Assembly (NCBI GenBank): GCA_964352445.1
Contig: CAYGSO010000004.1
Span: 8,312-72,311 of the forward strand
DNA length: 64,000 bases
Direction of reading: 5' to 3'
DNA from: an uncultured Pseudohongiella sp.
GTDB lineage: Bacteria > Pseudomonadota > Gammaproteobacteria > Pseudomonadales > Pseudohongiellaceae
Shown: in pieces, positions 8,231 to 18,722 of the stretch
Position numbering within the stretch: the stretch's first letter is position 1
Layout of the letters: each line of letters opens with the position of its first letter
Notes under the pieces: generated by a model
Told to the model about the DNA's origin: nothing
The model's input: the letters and a program-made list of their open reading frames with translations, nothing else
Databases searched by the model: none
Program-made: the position numbers and the translations under genes

Positions 8231-8743
8231 ATGATGACTGAAGAGTTTCTATTTACATTCGCTGAGATAGCTGTTGCGCTCATAGGGTTTAGCGGCGTGG
8301 TCACAGTTCTGGGTCATCGCGGCCAAGGCAAATGGCAACGAGCTGAAAAAATTAGACTACAGGCATTAGTAGAGCCAAGTATTATTTCGTTAGTCGGTGC
8401 ATTGCTACCTTCGACCTTCGGCCTAGTCATAACAGATGACGACTTGTTGTGGCGCCTGGTTAATTTATTAGTCTTGGCCATGCACACAGCGGCATTTACA
8501 GCCTACATACAAAGATCAAAAAGCACGCAAACGATACTGAGCCAGAAGATTATGGCCGGGATCGCGGTTTTTGTGTTTCTCTTGCTTGGGCTGAGCGTCG
8601 TCGGATTTAATACACAGCACCAATTCACATTTGCTTTAGGAATGCTTCTAGGCATTGCAGTTGGAATATTTAATTTTACTTTGCTGCTTTTTCACATCAT
8701 TCAAGCAAAGGATGATGCTACTGAAGTAAGTAACAAAGCGTAA
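8231..8743 (+). CDS. hypothetical membrane protein
   Basis: 170-aa ORF with about five hydrophobic helices and no recognisable motif. Confidence 0.5.
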   Translation: MMTEEFLFTFAEIAVALIGFSGVVTVLGHRGQGKWQRAEKIRLQALVEPSIISLVGALLPSTFGLVITDDDLLWRLVNLLVLAMHTAAFTAYIQRSKSTQTILSQKIMAGIAVFVFLLLGLSVVGFNTQHQFTFALGMLLGIAVGIFNFTLLLFHIIQAKDDATEVSNKA

Positions 8744-8821
8744 GACAGCTGCAGCTAACGCTTCGATCTGCAGGCCAACCGCTGAACGTAGCTAAAAAGC
8801 ATAACTGAGAAACCTGCATTG

Positions 8822-9559
8822 CTAGCGAAACTTAAATCCCTTAGACGCCAAAAAATCTTTCATATGAGGCCGTGCTTTATCAGATAGCAGCTCAGACACC
8901 TGCTCGCTCCAACTTACACCGTGGCCACCGCCAGTTCGGGTTCGGTAATATTCCCGAATTTCTTCGTCGTATTTGGCGATGGCAGCTTTGTCGCCTACTT
9001 CGTTGTAGCTATCTTGCTTCACTACAACCGACAGCGGCAATCTTGGTTTAACTTCGGGGTTTTGATCCGGGTAGCCTAAGCACAAACCAAAAACGGGATA
9101 CACGCCATAAGGCAGTTCCAGCAGCTCCGACACCGGCGCTGGGTTATTGCGGATACCGCCGATATAGCAAATACCTAAGCCTTCGGACTCGGCGGCGGTC
9201 ACCAAGTTCTGCGCCATTAGCGCAACATCAACTGTCGCAATAATAAAGTGCTCCGTGAAATCCCCTTCGAAAGGTTTGCCATATTCTTTGCAGTAATTAC
9301 CCGGGCGATTTAGGTCTGCGCAGAATACAAAAAACTCTGCCGCTGTTGCTACATAGCCTTGGTTGCCGGCAAGCTCTGCAATCTTTTTTCGGTTTTCGGG
9401 CTTGGTCACGCGAATGAGCGTTGCGCCCTGCAAAAAACTCGACGTCGCTGCCGCCTGGGCGGCAAGCAATAAGTTATCTAACAGTGCCGGCGCAATAGGC
9501 GCAGAAGTAAACTTTCGAATACTGCGGTGGGACTTTAGTAAATCTATCACTGACTGCAT
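8822..9559 (-). CDS. nfsA: oxygen-insensitive NADPH nitroreductase, NfsA family
   Basis: The N-terminus IDLLKSHRSIRKFT and the ~245-aa length are typical of NfsA/FRP nitroreductases. Confidence 0.8.
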   Translation of the reverse strand: MQSVIDLLKSHRSIRKFTSAPIAPALLDNLLLAAQAAATSSFLQGATLIRVTKPENRKKIAELAGNQGYVATAAEFFVFCADLNRPGNYCKEYGKPFEGDFTEHFIIATVDVALMAQNLVTAAESEGLGICYIGGIRNNPAPVSELLELPYGVYPVFGLCLGYPDQNPEVKPRLPLSVVVKQDSYNEVGDKAAIAKYDEEIREYYRTRTGGGHGVSWSEQVSELLSDKARPHMKDFLASKGFKFR

Positions 9560-9586
9560 TGAGCTTTCCTAAGGGTTGAGCGTTTG

Positions 9587-10759
9587 CTAAAAATCGATCA
9601 AATTGTCAAGAAATGCTGGAACCACATCATTGGCAAGCTTAGATTCAGCATTGAACATTACCACTAAACCAATATTTGCCGCTGGCACGAAGACCATTTC
9701 GGAGCGATAACCTCGCACACCGCCGCCGTGGTGAATCGCTCTAAGTCCACGGTAGTCAAACACTCGCCAACCTGTGGCGTAGTAGGCTTTTTCTAGACCG
9801 CTCCAGCGGTTGAAGTAATTACCCCGCGGGGTGGCGATAATCGGCTCGTGCACACTTTGCAGAAATTCAGGCGGCAAAACCTCGGGAAAACCGCCAAGAT
9901 TGGCTCTTAACCAAAGCTCCATATCGTCAATACTTGCGTTGACGCCCGAGGCTGGGGCCACAGTATAGTAGGCGGCATTGGTGGACGTGGTTTGCCACCG
10001 GCCTTTAGAGTAACGATGGGGCTTGGTAGATTCGGGATTATTTGCATAAGACTCAATCCCGACACTTGCTCCGAGCATGCCCAGGGGCTTGAAAATCTCA
10101 TTCTCTAGATACTCGGCGTAACTTGAGCCGGTGCTAGATTCAACCACATCAGCGGTTAGAGAAAACACAACATTTTGATAGCCATAGCAGTCACCGGGCG
10201 AGCACACCGTTGGAATCTGCTTAAACTTAGTTTTTATCTTATCGTAACCGACCCCGGCGTCGAGCATATTTGAAAAGCTATGGGGCATTAGGCCGGTGGA
10301 ATGGCTAACAAGGTGTTTTAACTGGATGCCTTTAGAAGAGCCAAGTGTACCTAAATTAATTGCTGGAAAAACATCTGTTAGCAAGGTATCCCATGATTGC
10401 AGGTGCTGCTCAACCAAAAGCGCCGTGGCAGTGCCCGCGAAAGTCTTTGACATGGACGCTATGCGAAAAACCGACTGTTTGTCTACCGCTGATTGGCCGG
10501 CTATGTCTTTCAGCCCCCAAGTGTCTTCAAGCAGCACTGAATCACGAGTCACGATGGCCATGGCAACGCCAGGGATGCCTTCTTCATTGGCCGCGTTTTT
10601 TAGCCAAGCGACGAAACCGCCTAACTCTTGGGTGTCGATACTCTCCTCAACAAGCGGAAAGCTTACATCAGCAAGAATTTGACTTGGAAAAATAACAGCC
10701 GCCGAGCAGAACGTTAGCGACCATAGGGTCGCACTGGTTAATTGTTTAATTGAGTACAC
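9587..10759 (-). CDS. serine hydrolase, beta-lactamase class C / PBP-like family
   Basis: Signal peptide, an S-x-x-K motif (SMSKTF), and HSTG and HGG motifs downstream. Confidence 0.8.
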   Translation of the reverse strand: MYSIKQLTSATLWSLTFCSAAVIFPSQILADVSFPLVEESIDTQELGGFVAWLKNAANEEGIPGVAMAIVTRDSVLLEDTWGLKDIAGQSAVDKQSVFRIASMSKTFAGTATALLVEQHLQSWDTLLTDVFPAINLGTLGSSKGIQLKHLVSHSTGLMPHSFSNMLDAGVGYDKIKTKFKQIPTVCSPGDCYGYQNVVFSLTADVVESSTGSSYAEYLENEIFKPLGMLGASVGIESYANNPESTKPHRYSKGRWQTTSTNAAYYTVAPASGVNASIDDMELWLRANLGGFPEVLPPEFLQSVHEPIIATPRGNYFNRWSGLEKAYYATGWRVFDYRGLRAIHHGGGVRGYRSEMVFVPAANIGLVVMFNAESKLANDVVPAFLDNLIDF

Positions 10760-10894
10760 TTGAAGCGATTATCCTTGGGCTGAAATAGTGATCAGCAGCA
10801 CTAGAGCGAAAAACCTACCTTGTTCAAATCGGCCGCCAATGATAACCCATAGGCTCGATAGCACACAGCAATCCAACCCAAGAGCGACATCAGC

Positions 10895-10930
10895 AAAAAA
10901 AAAGCCGACTCAAGTAGTACTTAAGTCGGC
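10895..10930 (-). terminator. rho-independent terminator downstream of the DegP-type protease gene
   Basis: Hairpin gccgactcaagta/tacttaagtcggc (13-bp arms, one mismatch) at 10904..10930. On the plus strand it is preceded by nine A residues, so a U-tract follows the hairpin on the minus strand. Confidence 0.6.
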
Positions 10931-10996
10931 CAAGAGGGGGCACTTTTTAGCATGCACAAGAACTGAAAATTCCCAGGTTCCCAGCTCACCTTATGC

Positions 10997-12418
10997 TCAG
11001 GGTACGAAAAGTAGCAGTTGCCGCCCTTCGCGTAATACAGTTAGGGCTGAAAAACGCGTCGGCTCAGCCAGTGCTGCGTTAAACTCAGCCAAGGTCTTTA
11101 CATCCGTTCGGTTCACTTGAACGATAATATCGCCCTCCCTAAGTCCAGCCGCTGCAGCCCGACTTTGCTGCTGCAATGACTCTACTAGCACACCTGAGTC
11201 GCCGTAAGCATCGCCGCTTCCGCTTAAACTGCGCAGCTGCGCGCCACGAAATTCCGAGCTAGAGCCAGCGGCTTCGAGCGAGCTGACCACGTTACCGTCA
11301 GACCCTCCGATAGTAGCTTTGAGGGTTTTTTTGCTACCTTCGCGGTAGAGCACTAAGTCAACCTGTTCGCCTTGGCGCAGAAGCCCAACAGTGTTTCTAA
11401 GTTCACGGGAGCTGCCTACCTCACGGCCCTGTATTTCAACAATAATGTCAGATACCGCTACCCCGGCTTGCTCTGCGGCGCTGCCTGGCAACACACTGGT
11501 GACTATGGCGCCACGCTGCACATCAACCCCCAGTGCACCAGCAATCTCAGGATTCGCCGTTGCTATGGTAACCCCCAACATGCCTCGATTGACTTGACCA
11601 TCGCGCTCCAAATGTTCCATCACCGACGTGATCATATCTACTGGAACTGCGAAGCCAATACCGTTACTACCACCGTTGCCGCTAATGATAGCTGTGTTGA
11701 TTCCCACCAAATTGCCTTCAAGGTCAATTAACGCGCCGCCGGAGTTGCCGACGTTGATAGCGGCGTCGGTCTGAATAAAGTCTTCATAATTTTCACTGTT
11801 AAGACCTGAGCGGCCTAGCGCACTGACGATTCCGGAGGTGACGGTTTGACCTATACCAAATGGGTTACCAATGGCGATCACGTAATCGCCTACCTGAACA
11901 GTCTGTATGTCGGCAAACTTGAGTTCAGATAAGCCCTCGGCCTCGACTTTAAGAAGCGCTATGTCAGTGCCCGCATCACTGCCGAGCAAGGTCGCGTCAA
12001 TCACTCGCTGATCCGAAAGCTGCACAGAAATCGTTTCAGCACCCTCAACAACGTGGTGATTGGTGATTACGTAGCCCTTTTTGGCATCGACTATCACACC
12101 CGAGCCGGCCCCTGTGGTAAGGGGTTGTTGGCGATTTCCGGGCATTAAATCCGGCCTGTTTTGGAAAAACCGTCGAACCTCATCCGGTACATTTTCGCCA
12201 CCAAATGAGAATTGAGTATTGGTAGGCACTCGTTTGGACACGCGAATATTAACCACCGCGGGTGTTGCCAGCTCCAACATCGGTGCCAGCGACGGCAATC
12301 CTGCCAGCTGCGCCGCTTTGCTGTTCGCTGCTACCGGCGCCGCTAAAAAGGCACTTAGTGCTAGCAAACAGGAAATCTGAGCAAACCGAGCCGCGTTCTT
12401 TATAGGCATAAAATTCAT
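10997..12418 (-). CDS. Do-family periplasmic serine endoprotease (DegP/DegQ/MucD type) with two PDZ domains
   Basis: Catalytic-triad context: TNHHVV, DIALLK, GNSGGAL. Two PDZ-like C-terminal repeats and a signal peptide. ATG 12418 (MNFMPIK) is preferred as the start. Confidence 0.85.
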   Translation of the reverse strand: MNFMPIKNAARFAQISCLLALSAFLAAPVAANSKAAQLAGLPSLAPMLELATPAVVNIRVSKRVPTNTQFSFGGENVPDEVRRFFQNRPDLMPGNRQQPLTTGAGSGVIVDAKKGYVITNHHVVEGAETISVQLSDQRVIDATLLGSDAGTDIALLKVEAEGLSELKFADIQTVQVGDYVIAIGNPFGIGQTVTSGIVSALGRSGLNSENYEDFIQTDAAINVGNSGGALIDLEGNLVGINTAIISGNGGSNGIGFAVPVDMITSVMEHLERDGQVNRGMLGVTIATANPEIAGALGVDVQRGAIVTSVLPGSAAEQAGVAVSDIIVEIQGREVGSSRELRNTVGLLRQGEQVDLVLYREGSKKTLKATIGGSDGNVVSSLEAAGSSSEFRGAQLRSLSGSGDAYGDSGVLVESLQQQSRAAAAGLREGDIIVQVNRTDVKTLAEFNAALAEPTRFSALTVLREGRQLLLFVP

Positions 12419-12775
12419 TTCAACCTCCATGATGCTTTTGCATCTAAAACCACAGCGCTGCCGGGCTGACAGCGCATTGATACAAGAGCTTGAAATTTAG
12501 GCTTAGCAGTCTTAAATAGCCTGAAGAAGTTATGAATAAAATATCCAGAAAAGCTTCAGACACAGAAAAAAACTGGCAACACAAGACAGAGTGGTTAGCA
12601 TGTAGTGGCGGTTCTAACAGGAAACTTTTGCCCACATTGAGCGTCTAATTTATTCGATATGGGCACGGATTGGACCGCCCCACTTGCTAGAAAACACTTA
12701 GGGTATTGGTTTATAGAATAGATTAATTAATTACTTTAACTTATTGTTATTAAATCAATTAAAGGAAAATTGAGC

Positions 12776-13747
12776 ATGAAGAGCAAACGCCGAGAGCTAG
12801 ATGACACGCCTTATCAGCCGCCTCTAATGCACGCCTTTGAGCTTGCAGGTTTGAAGGTGCTACCCCAGCTCAATCGCTTTGAAGATCAGCATACCGCTCA
12901 ACAGAAATCTATTGAGCCTAGGCTCATGCATCTGCTTTGCTTCTTAGCCGCTAACCAAGGCAACGTGGTGGATAGAGATACCTTGGTGGAGCAGCTATGG
13001 CCAAGAGTTGTGGTGAACGACAATTCGTTAACCCGTGCCGTGAGCGAACTGCGCAAGCACCTGCGGGGCGAAACCGCTGGCAACAGCGCTGTCATAGAAA
13101 CTATCCCCAAGAAAGGCTACCGCCTGATTCCACCCAGTGTAGCGAACACTCAAGACACCGCAGGGGTGCCTGTCAACAAAGCGGGCCAGCTTCGCCGCCT
13201 GCCAAGGTTAGTGTCTAAACCCCTGTTGGGCGCCGCCTTAGCCGCCAGTCTAGCGGTATTAGTGGCACTGCCGCCTTTGCTAAGCCTAAAGCCAGCGCCC
13301 ACCGCTGCGTTTGAGAACTTCAGCGATGAATTAGTTAGCCTAACGCCAAGTTATCTAGGTGGCGAGATGACGCTAAGCGCCAGTAACTTGCGTGCCGCAG
13401 AGCCTGCGAGCACGCGGCCCATCATATCCCATGATGGCGCTAGCTATGCCTATCTCAAGTATGACAATACTGGCTCAACGCTGTATTTTGGCGCACTGTC
13501 AGAAAATATCGATCCCGTGCCGATCTATCACCATCAAGATCAGTTACTCAATTTGGCTTGGTCACCCACGGGCAATAGTCTGCTGTTTGCCAGAAAACCG
13601 GCAATCACCACAACAGCGCTATTTTCAGGCAAAGACAGTGAGCTAGAGCTGCTGACGCTCAGTCTTTCAACTAGAGAGGTGCAGCGTTTAGTCAAAGACC
13701 CACTGGAGGCTGGCGGCGAAGCCATAACTGATCAGAATCTAACCTAG
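12776..13747 (+). CDS. CadC/ToxR-like membrane-anchored winged-helix regulator with periplasmic PD40 (TolB-like) repeats
   Basis: OmpR/PhoB-type wHTH (LMHLLCFLAANQGNVVDRDTLVEQLWP...KKGYRL), a single TM (LLGAALAASLAVLVAL), and then SHDG..Y / WSPTGNSLLF repeats. ATG 12776 follows AAAGGA. Confidence 0.6.
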   Translation: MKSKRRELDDTPYQPPLMHAFELAGLKVLPQLNRFEDQHTAQQKSIEPRLMHLLCFLAANQGNVVDRDTLVEQLWPRVVVNDNSLTRAVSELRKHLRGETAGNSAVIETIPKKGYRLIPPSVANTQDTAGVPVNKAGQLRRLPRLVSKPLLGAALAASLAVLVALPPLLSLKPAPTAAFENFSDELVSLTPSYLGGEMTLSASNLRAAEPASTRPIISHDGASYAYLKYDNTGSTLYFGALSENIDPVPIYHHQDQLLNLAWSPTGNSLLFARKPAITTTALFSGKDSELELLTLSLSTREVQRLVKDPLEAGGEAITDQNLT

Positions 13748-13749
13748 GC

Positions 13750-14673
13750 TTAGTGCTGCATCGGGCCAACAAGTGTCGACAAATAGGAAGTTAGAACTAA
13801 GATTACAGCAGCAACCGCCAGTTCAAGCTTAACCGATTGACGAAACCGCTGCGCCCCACCTGCCGCAGTAACTGCAGGCACTAGTCGCAGTTTATTGAAA
13901 GCTGCTATCGACAGTATAATGAATACAATCATGAGCTTGACGCTCATTGTTAAACCATAGGCTGAGCCTAAAAAATCCCTCGGCGAGTCAAACAACTGCC
14001 ATAACATGACGCCGCCGGCTGCGGCCAAAGCGGCTAGCACTCCAATGGCGTGGTGACCAAACTGCCTAAGCCTAGTCTGCAGCAAGTTCAAATCTGGAGT
14101 GTTAGCCAACACCATAAACGGCCACAGCAAACCAATCCAAAAGGCGAACCCCAATACGTGCAGTGCCAAGGCTAAACGCGCCCAATCATTAAGGACGGAA
14201 ACATGGCCTGAAAGGGGAAAGCTGAGGGCTAAGCCCATCAGCACAAAGGCGTTAAGTGTAAACAAGGGACGAAAGAACATGCCGTCAGGAGCCTTGGTTA
14301 AACCGGTAGATTTCCACAGGTAAAAACCACTAACGGCAATGGCTACGGCAAACCCGACTATCCGATAGAGGGTGACTTCACCCAGCTGGGAATCTAGCAG
14401 AAGCTTGGCCATAGACCAGTCGAGCATTCCAGCAAAGCCATCGTTATTGATCATGCCGATCTGGATTGGGAAATTTAAAGCTGCCCCCTGAAACCCTAAC
14501 AAGGCACCAAGCAAGCAATAGGAGAGAACCGGCACAACGCTCTGGCGCCGGTTGTCGCTGTACAAAACCAGGAACAGGCTAGCCCCGGCGATGCTAGCCA
14601 TACCGCCATAAACGCCGAGCTTAGCCAGCAGAGAGGAAATCTCCCAAAAATTGGGCACTACAAATGCATTCAC
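13750..14673 (-). CDS. copD: copper resistance protein CopD family membrane protein
   Basis: About eight TM helices with a conserved His helix (LALALHVLGFAFWIGLLWP). It lies directly downstream of copC. Confidence 0.75.
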   Translation of the reverse strand: MNAFVVPNFWEISSLLAKLGVYGGMASIAGASLFLVLYSDNRRQSVVPVLSYCLLGALLGFQGAALNFPIQIGMINNDGFAGMLDWSMAKLLLDSQLGEVTLYRIVGFAVAIAVSGFYLWKSTGLTKAPDGMFFRPLFTLNAFVLMGLALSFPLSGHVSVLNDWARLALALHVLGFAFWIGLLWPFMVLANTPDLNLLQTRLRQFGHHAIGVLAALAAAGGVMLWQLFDSPRDFLGSAYGLTMSVKLMIVFIILSIAAFNKLRLVPAVTAAGGAQRFRQSVKLELAVAAVILVLTSYLSTLVGPMQH

Positions 14674-14709
14674 AGACCGAAGCTATAGCTATCCAGGCTC
14701 CTAAACGGC

Positions 14710-15093
14710 TTAAGGCGCGGCTGTATCGGCTGCCATCGTGGGGTCGACTTCAAAGCTGAATGAATCAGACATGGCGTGCCCGTCAGAACCCATCACCGCC
14801 CAATTAACGGTAAACTTGCCAGGGTGCATGCCGGGCGTGGCAATGACGAAATCAGACTGAGGCTCAGCATTGGGCTCAAATGCAGTTGGCATTTCGTGGC
14901 CAACGCCCATTAGCTCCAGCTTGATTAACTTAACCGGCCCGCTAAACACCAAATGAATTTCATTTGGCTCGACTTTTAGCATCGCGCCATCAGCCGGGAT
15001 TGATTCTCTCAAGCCTGTGTGGGCGTTTGCGCTAACTTGCAGCAATACAGCTAAGCTCAGACAACAGATTTTTACTAACGAGTTAAAACGCAT
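14710..15093 (-). CDS. copC: copper resistance protein CopC
   Basis: Signal peptide ending ANA, then a mature HTGLRESIPADGAML (N-terminal His), followed by FTVNWAVMGSDGHAMSDSFSFEV. This is the classical CopC pattern. Confidence 0.8.
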   Translation of the reverse strand: MRFNSLVKICCLSLAVLLQVSANAHTGLRESIPADGAMLKVEPNEIHLVFSGPVKLIKLELMGVGHEMPTAFEPNAEPQSDFVIATPGMHPGKFTVNWAVMGSDGHAMSDSFSFEVDPTMAADTAAP

Positions 15094-15214
15094 GGTATAC
15101 ACCTCAAATGAATTGAACTAAAACTGGGCGAAGTATCTCATGAACTAAGGCTCAACCTGCAGGATAAAATTGCGTCAAATTGTCGCAGCACGGCCAAAGC
15201 TAGACCGGCGCGAG

Positions 15215-15934
15215 CTATTTGCGCTGCCACACATGGGTCATCGGCGACAAATTCAATTCTTCAATGACCGTGCCAGGGCGCATCTCAAGCACCGTAAGCA
15301 AGGCCTGAGCAATATCTCCCGGCTCGATAGCATTGGTGGGCAAAGGACCAGGTTCGAAATCCAGTGCGTCGAAAAACGGCGTTCGCACAGCGCCCGGATT
15401 GATTAGAGTAACGCGAACACTGGATTTGGCACACTCTTGTCGCAGCGCTTGGGCAAAGCCGCGCAGCGCAAACTTACTGGCACAATATATACTGCCTTGG
15501 CGGGCTCCGCTAAGAGCCGCTTCAGAACCTGTAAAGACAATATCTACCAATGTGCCCTGCTGCTTAAGGCGAGCTAATAACATTTTCGTCAGCAAGGCAT
15601 GACTCATAAAATTTACCTGCATCACCAGCTGCAGGTCTGCCACCGACAGCTGCTCTAAAAATCCCATCTTACCGATGCCTGCATTGTTAATGAGGCCGCG
15701 GATGGGGCCTTGGATGGCTGCAAGCACAGCGGGCAAAGTCTCCAGCATGGCATGGCTATCGCCCAACTGAACCGGCACAAAAGTGAATCGTTCAGAGGGC
15801 ATTGCACAGCCTGGTTCAGTTTGATCCAAGCCAACCACCGAATACCCGCTGTCGATTAACTTGTTTGTCATCGCCAGCCCAATCCCTGAGGATGAACCCG
15901 ACACCAGCACCTGGCCTTTAGAGTTTGTCATCAA
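15215..15934 (-). CDS. SDR family oxidoreductase
   Basis: GSSSGIGLA dinucleotide-binding motif, NNAG, and YCASKFAL (Y-x-x-x-K). Confidence 0.8.
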   Translation of the reverse strand: MMTNSKGQVLVSGSSSGIGLAMTNKLIDSGYSVVGLDQTEPGCAMPSERFTFVPVQLGDSHAMLETLPAVLAAIQGPIRGLINNAGIGKMGFLEQLSVADLQLVMQVNFMSHALLTKMLLARLKQQGTLVDIVFTGSEAALSGARQGSIYCASKFALRGFAQALRQECAKSSVRVTLINPGAVRTPFFDALDFEPGPLPTNAIEPGDIAQALLTVLEMRPGTVIEELNLSPMTHVWQRK

Positions 15935-15981
15935 CTACTCCCTGCTCCGTATAAAACCCACCATAGAGACTCTCTGCCGCA

Positions 15982-16968
15982 TTATGCACACCTGTAATAC
16001 TGAGCAGGCGCAATATAACTCAAAAGCTGCGCCTCCAGCATGGCTAGCGTGTCGTAGCCTTTGGGCTGCTGCACCGCCGCTAGGCCGTCAGTAACTTGAA
16101 TAGGTTGAGCGAACAGCGCCTCATCGGGATAAAGTTTTACAATCGACTTATAGAAATCTGTCGGCATTCGAAACTCCCCAATAGAGGCAGAGTGAATCTG
16201 ACTGCGCTCCAAAACACCAAATACCTGGTCAAATAGCTGCTTGTAGTCTGCCTCCAGGGTCTCGCAAAAAACAATAGGCTCGAAACGCAGCGCAACTCGC
16301 CAGCCGGCAGCCTGCAGCTTCGCCAAAGCATCAAGGCGTTTTTCTATAGCAGGTACTTTATGCTCAAATTGTCTTGAAGCTTGCTTTGCAGTGAAACTCA
16401 TCGCCACCACACAATTGTCAATCGGCTGCATTTCCAACAGCGCTCTGATCTGCGTGCTTTTGGTCCGTATCTCCAAAATTGCATCAGGGTTATTCGCGAA
16501 AATCGGCATGAAAAATTTGCAAAAATGGCTCACCGGCTCCATCGCCAAACTGTCACAGTCGTAGCCACTGTAGAAGATTGAGCCCGCTGGGGACTCTTCG
16601 ATACGACTCTGAATTTCTTCAGCAAAATCCTCGTAGTTGATAAAAAGCACGTAATTCGCCGAACGGTACATGCCCTGTAAAAAGCAGTAACGGCAGTCGT
16701 AAAGGCAGTTCATCATATGAGAGAAGTAATAACTCTCACCTCCAGAAAACCCGTAGCCATCAGGCGCTGGCAGAACACAGTTGCCGTGTTTGCGCGCTAA
16801 AATTAATGCGGGGTGCTGCTTCTGAATTCTGAAATTTTGGGCACTACGATTGAACACCTCGCCATAGCGATCACATTCAATTTGCGGCAAATGGGGAAAC
16901 CTAGCCAACAGCGCTTTAACCCTGGGATGGTCGGCTATAGATGTTTCGATGTAGATGGCTGAAAACAT
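15982..16968 (-). CDS. radical SAM protein, spore-photoproduct-lyase (SPL)-like family
   Basis: CLYDCRYC (C-x3-C-x2-C) at 16684..16707, about 90 aa from the N-terminus as in SplB. The length is ~330 aa. Confidence 0.7.
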   Translation of the reverse strand: MFSAIYIETSIADHPRVKALLARFPHLPQIECDRYGEVFNRSAQNFRIQKQHPALILARKHGNCVLPAPDGYGFSGGESYYFSHMMNCLYDCRYCFLQGMYRSANYVLFINYEDFAEEIQSRIEESPAGSIFYSGYDCDSLAMEPVSHFCKFFMPIFANNPDAILEIRTKSTQIRALLEMQPIDNCVVAMSFTAKQASRQFEHKVPAIEKRLDALAKLQAAGWRVALRFEPIVFCETLEADYKQLFDQVFGVLERSQIHSASIGEFRMPTDFYKSIVKLYPDEALFAQPIQVTDGLAAVQQPKGYDTLAMLEAQLLSYIAPAQYYRCA

Positions 16969-16974
16969 TGTCTG

Positions 16975-17823
16975 TTATGAATCCCTTACGATATCGATAT
17001 GCTGCCTTAGCTGGGCTTCGAGGAACTGAATGATCTTCTTCGCAGACCCAAATTCCATACCCGCTATTTCAGTCAGCCGCTGCTCCAACCCCAAGGCACT
17101 GTAGCGCTGACATAGGCGCTTTAGCTGAACCGTCTGAGTAACACTAAACCGAGCAGTAGCTAGTAAGTGCTCAAAAGCCTGAGGCAATTGAATTTGCGCA
17201 CTTCGATGCGCCGCGCTTGGCAACATAACATCAACCAGCCCAGCCACGGCAGCTGCGCTGCCGTGCATCAAGTTTTCGATCGAGGATTTTGAAACAGCGG
17301 CAATGCCTGATTTGGCATTATCAGAAATCACCTTCACACTTTGAATAAATTCAAGCGAGGTGAATTTGCTTGCTACAGCGGCAAACCCCGATGCTTCCAT
17401 ATCGAAGGCCGACTCATTAGCGTAACCCGTCTCCGGCACATCCACAGTTACAAGCTCAGTCGAGGTGAGGCCAACTGGATAGACTAAGGGGTAGAAAGCG
17501 TGACCGGATGCCTTTTCCAAAATTTTGTGGGCTATTACCAGCTCGCCAATAGACTGCGACCTGTGCCCTGCGATACCAAAGTTTATCCACAGTGAGACAT
17601 TTGCAGAAGAGAATTGCGCGCCTAAGTAAGCTACCGCCGCTGCCGCATTGGTTCTGCCTATACCGCTAATAATTAGACTGACGTTGCGGTTGCTGTAAAT
17701 TTTAAAGACGCGATGCTCAGGCTGCGGGGTAAGTTTAAACTGATCAATGAAAGGCTTCGCCTCTACCATTAAGGCAACGACAAGGTTAACGTTGACCGCC
17801 TGATCAAACATTTTATTGTTCAC
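16975..17823 (-). CDS. PNP_UDP_1 / MTA-SAH-nucleosidase-like phosphorylase family protein with ~85-aa C-terminal extension
   Basis: SGIGRTNAAAAVAYL, the nucleosidase-like FDMEASGFA motif and GIAGH. Its start overlaps the GT2 stop by 11 nt. Confidence 0.65.
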   Translation of the reverse strand: MNNKMFDQAVNVNLVVALMVEAKPFIDQFKLTPQPEHRVFKIYSNRNVSLIISGIGRTNAAAAVAYLGAQFSSANVSLWINFGIAGHRSQSIGELVIAHKILEKASGHAFYPLVYPVGLTSTELVTVDVPETGYANESAFDMEASGFAAVASKFTSLEFIQSVKVISDNAKSGIAAVSKSSIENLMHGSAAAVAGLVDVMLPSAAHRSAQIQLPQAFEHLLATARFSVTQTVQLKRLCQRYSALGLEQRLTEIAGMEFGSAKKIIQFLEAQLRQHIDIVRDS

Positions 17824-18676
17824 TTTGAGATAGCGTAGCTAACATTTTTTGTGCGCTTATCAGCAATCCTTGGTTCCCTCTTTTGTCTGCCCCTTGCCTA
17901 AGAATTTCGAGTTTTTCCTGCAGAACCCGTATAGTTTTAGCTTGTTCGTCAGGTGTTAAAGCATGGATAAACCGCTGTGAATGTAACAGATTATGCAGCG
18001 CCTGCACTCGATATTGATCCAGCCCCCACGTCGTGGTGGAGAGTTGGTCGCCATGTCCACCGTAGCGAACTAGAAGCGCTTGGGAGCAGGCTAGCACCGG
18101 ATAACTGGCACAAATTTTGAGCCATAAATCGTAGTCTTCACACACTGCAAAACTCTCATCAAAATTCCCCATCTCTGCTAGCAGACTCTTCTCAATAACA
18201 ACCGATGAAGGTGAGATAGCGCACTGTGATAAACAGTGCTCATAGATGCGACCTTGCCGAGTCTGATAGCGCTTGGGCTTTTTTACCTGAATCCCATCAC
18301 GCATCCAAGTTTCATCGCTGTGCACAATTCGATAGGTTTTCGCTTTAGACCAAGCCAAGCTTTGGTATTCGAGCTTGTGGTCTAGCCATTGGTCATCTGA
18401 GTCTAAAAACGCGATCCAACTGCCCCTCGCTAATTCGATACCTTTATTTCTTGCCGCGCTGACGCCGCGGTTTTCTTGATAACAATAAATCACGTTGGGA
18501 AAACACTGGGCTACCATGAGGCCCGTATCATCATTCGATCCATCATCAATCACAATTATCTCGTCAGCTTTTCGAGTTTGGCTGATAACTGAGTTTAGCG
18601 CTCGGGCCAGTACGTCCGCCCGATTAAACGTAGGAATGACAACGCTAATGGAATTCAAATGAGAGCTCTTTGACAC
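17813..18676 (-). CDS. glycosyltransferase family 2
   Basis: The N-terminal ISVVIPTFNR, DDGSNDDT and FLDSDD (DxD) motifs are typical of GT-A fold GT2 enzymes. Confidence 0.8.
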   Translation of the reverse strand: MSKSSHLNSISVVIPTFNRADVLARALNSVISQTRKADEIIVIDDGSNDDTGLMVAQCFPNVIYCYQENRGVSAARNKGIELARGSWIAFLDSDDQWLDHKLEYQSLAWSKAKTYRIVHSDETWMRDGIQVKKPKRYQTRQGRIYEHCLSQCAISPSSVVIEKSLLAEMGNFDESFAVCEDYDLWLKICASYPVLACSQALLVRYGGHGDQLSTTTWGLDQYRVQALHNLLHSQRFIHALTPDEQAKTIRVLQEKLEILRQGADKRGNQGLLISAQKMLATLSQSEQ

Positions 18677-18679
18677 TTT

Positions 18680-18722
18680 TTAGAAAACAAAAACGCAAAA
18701 TGGGAACCTAGGCTCCCATTTC
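18680..18722 (-). terminator. rho-independent terminator after the acyl-CoA dehydrogenase gene
   Basis: Hairpin aatgggaacc/ggctcccatt at 18697..18722. On the minus strand it is followed by a U-rich tract (plus strand aaaacaaaaacgc). Confidence 0.55.

Noticed and set aside
10296-10695. Two overlapping plus-strand ORFs (128 and 111 aa)
   Set aside because: Both are antisense to the well-supported serine hydrolase gene, and both have Ser/Ala/Pro-rich shadow composition.
10788-11120. Plus-strand 110-aa ORF spanning the degP terminator and 3' end
   Set aside because: It overlaps a strong terminator hairpin and the antisense 3' end of the protease gene. The sequence is basic and low-complexity.
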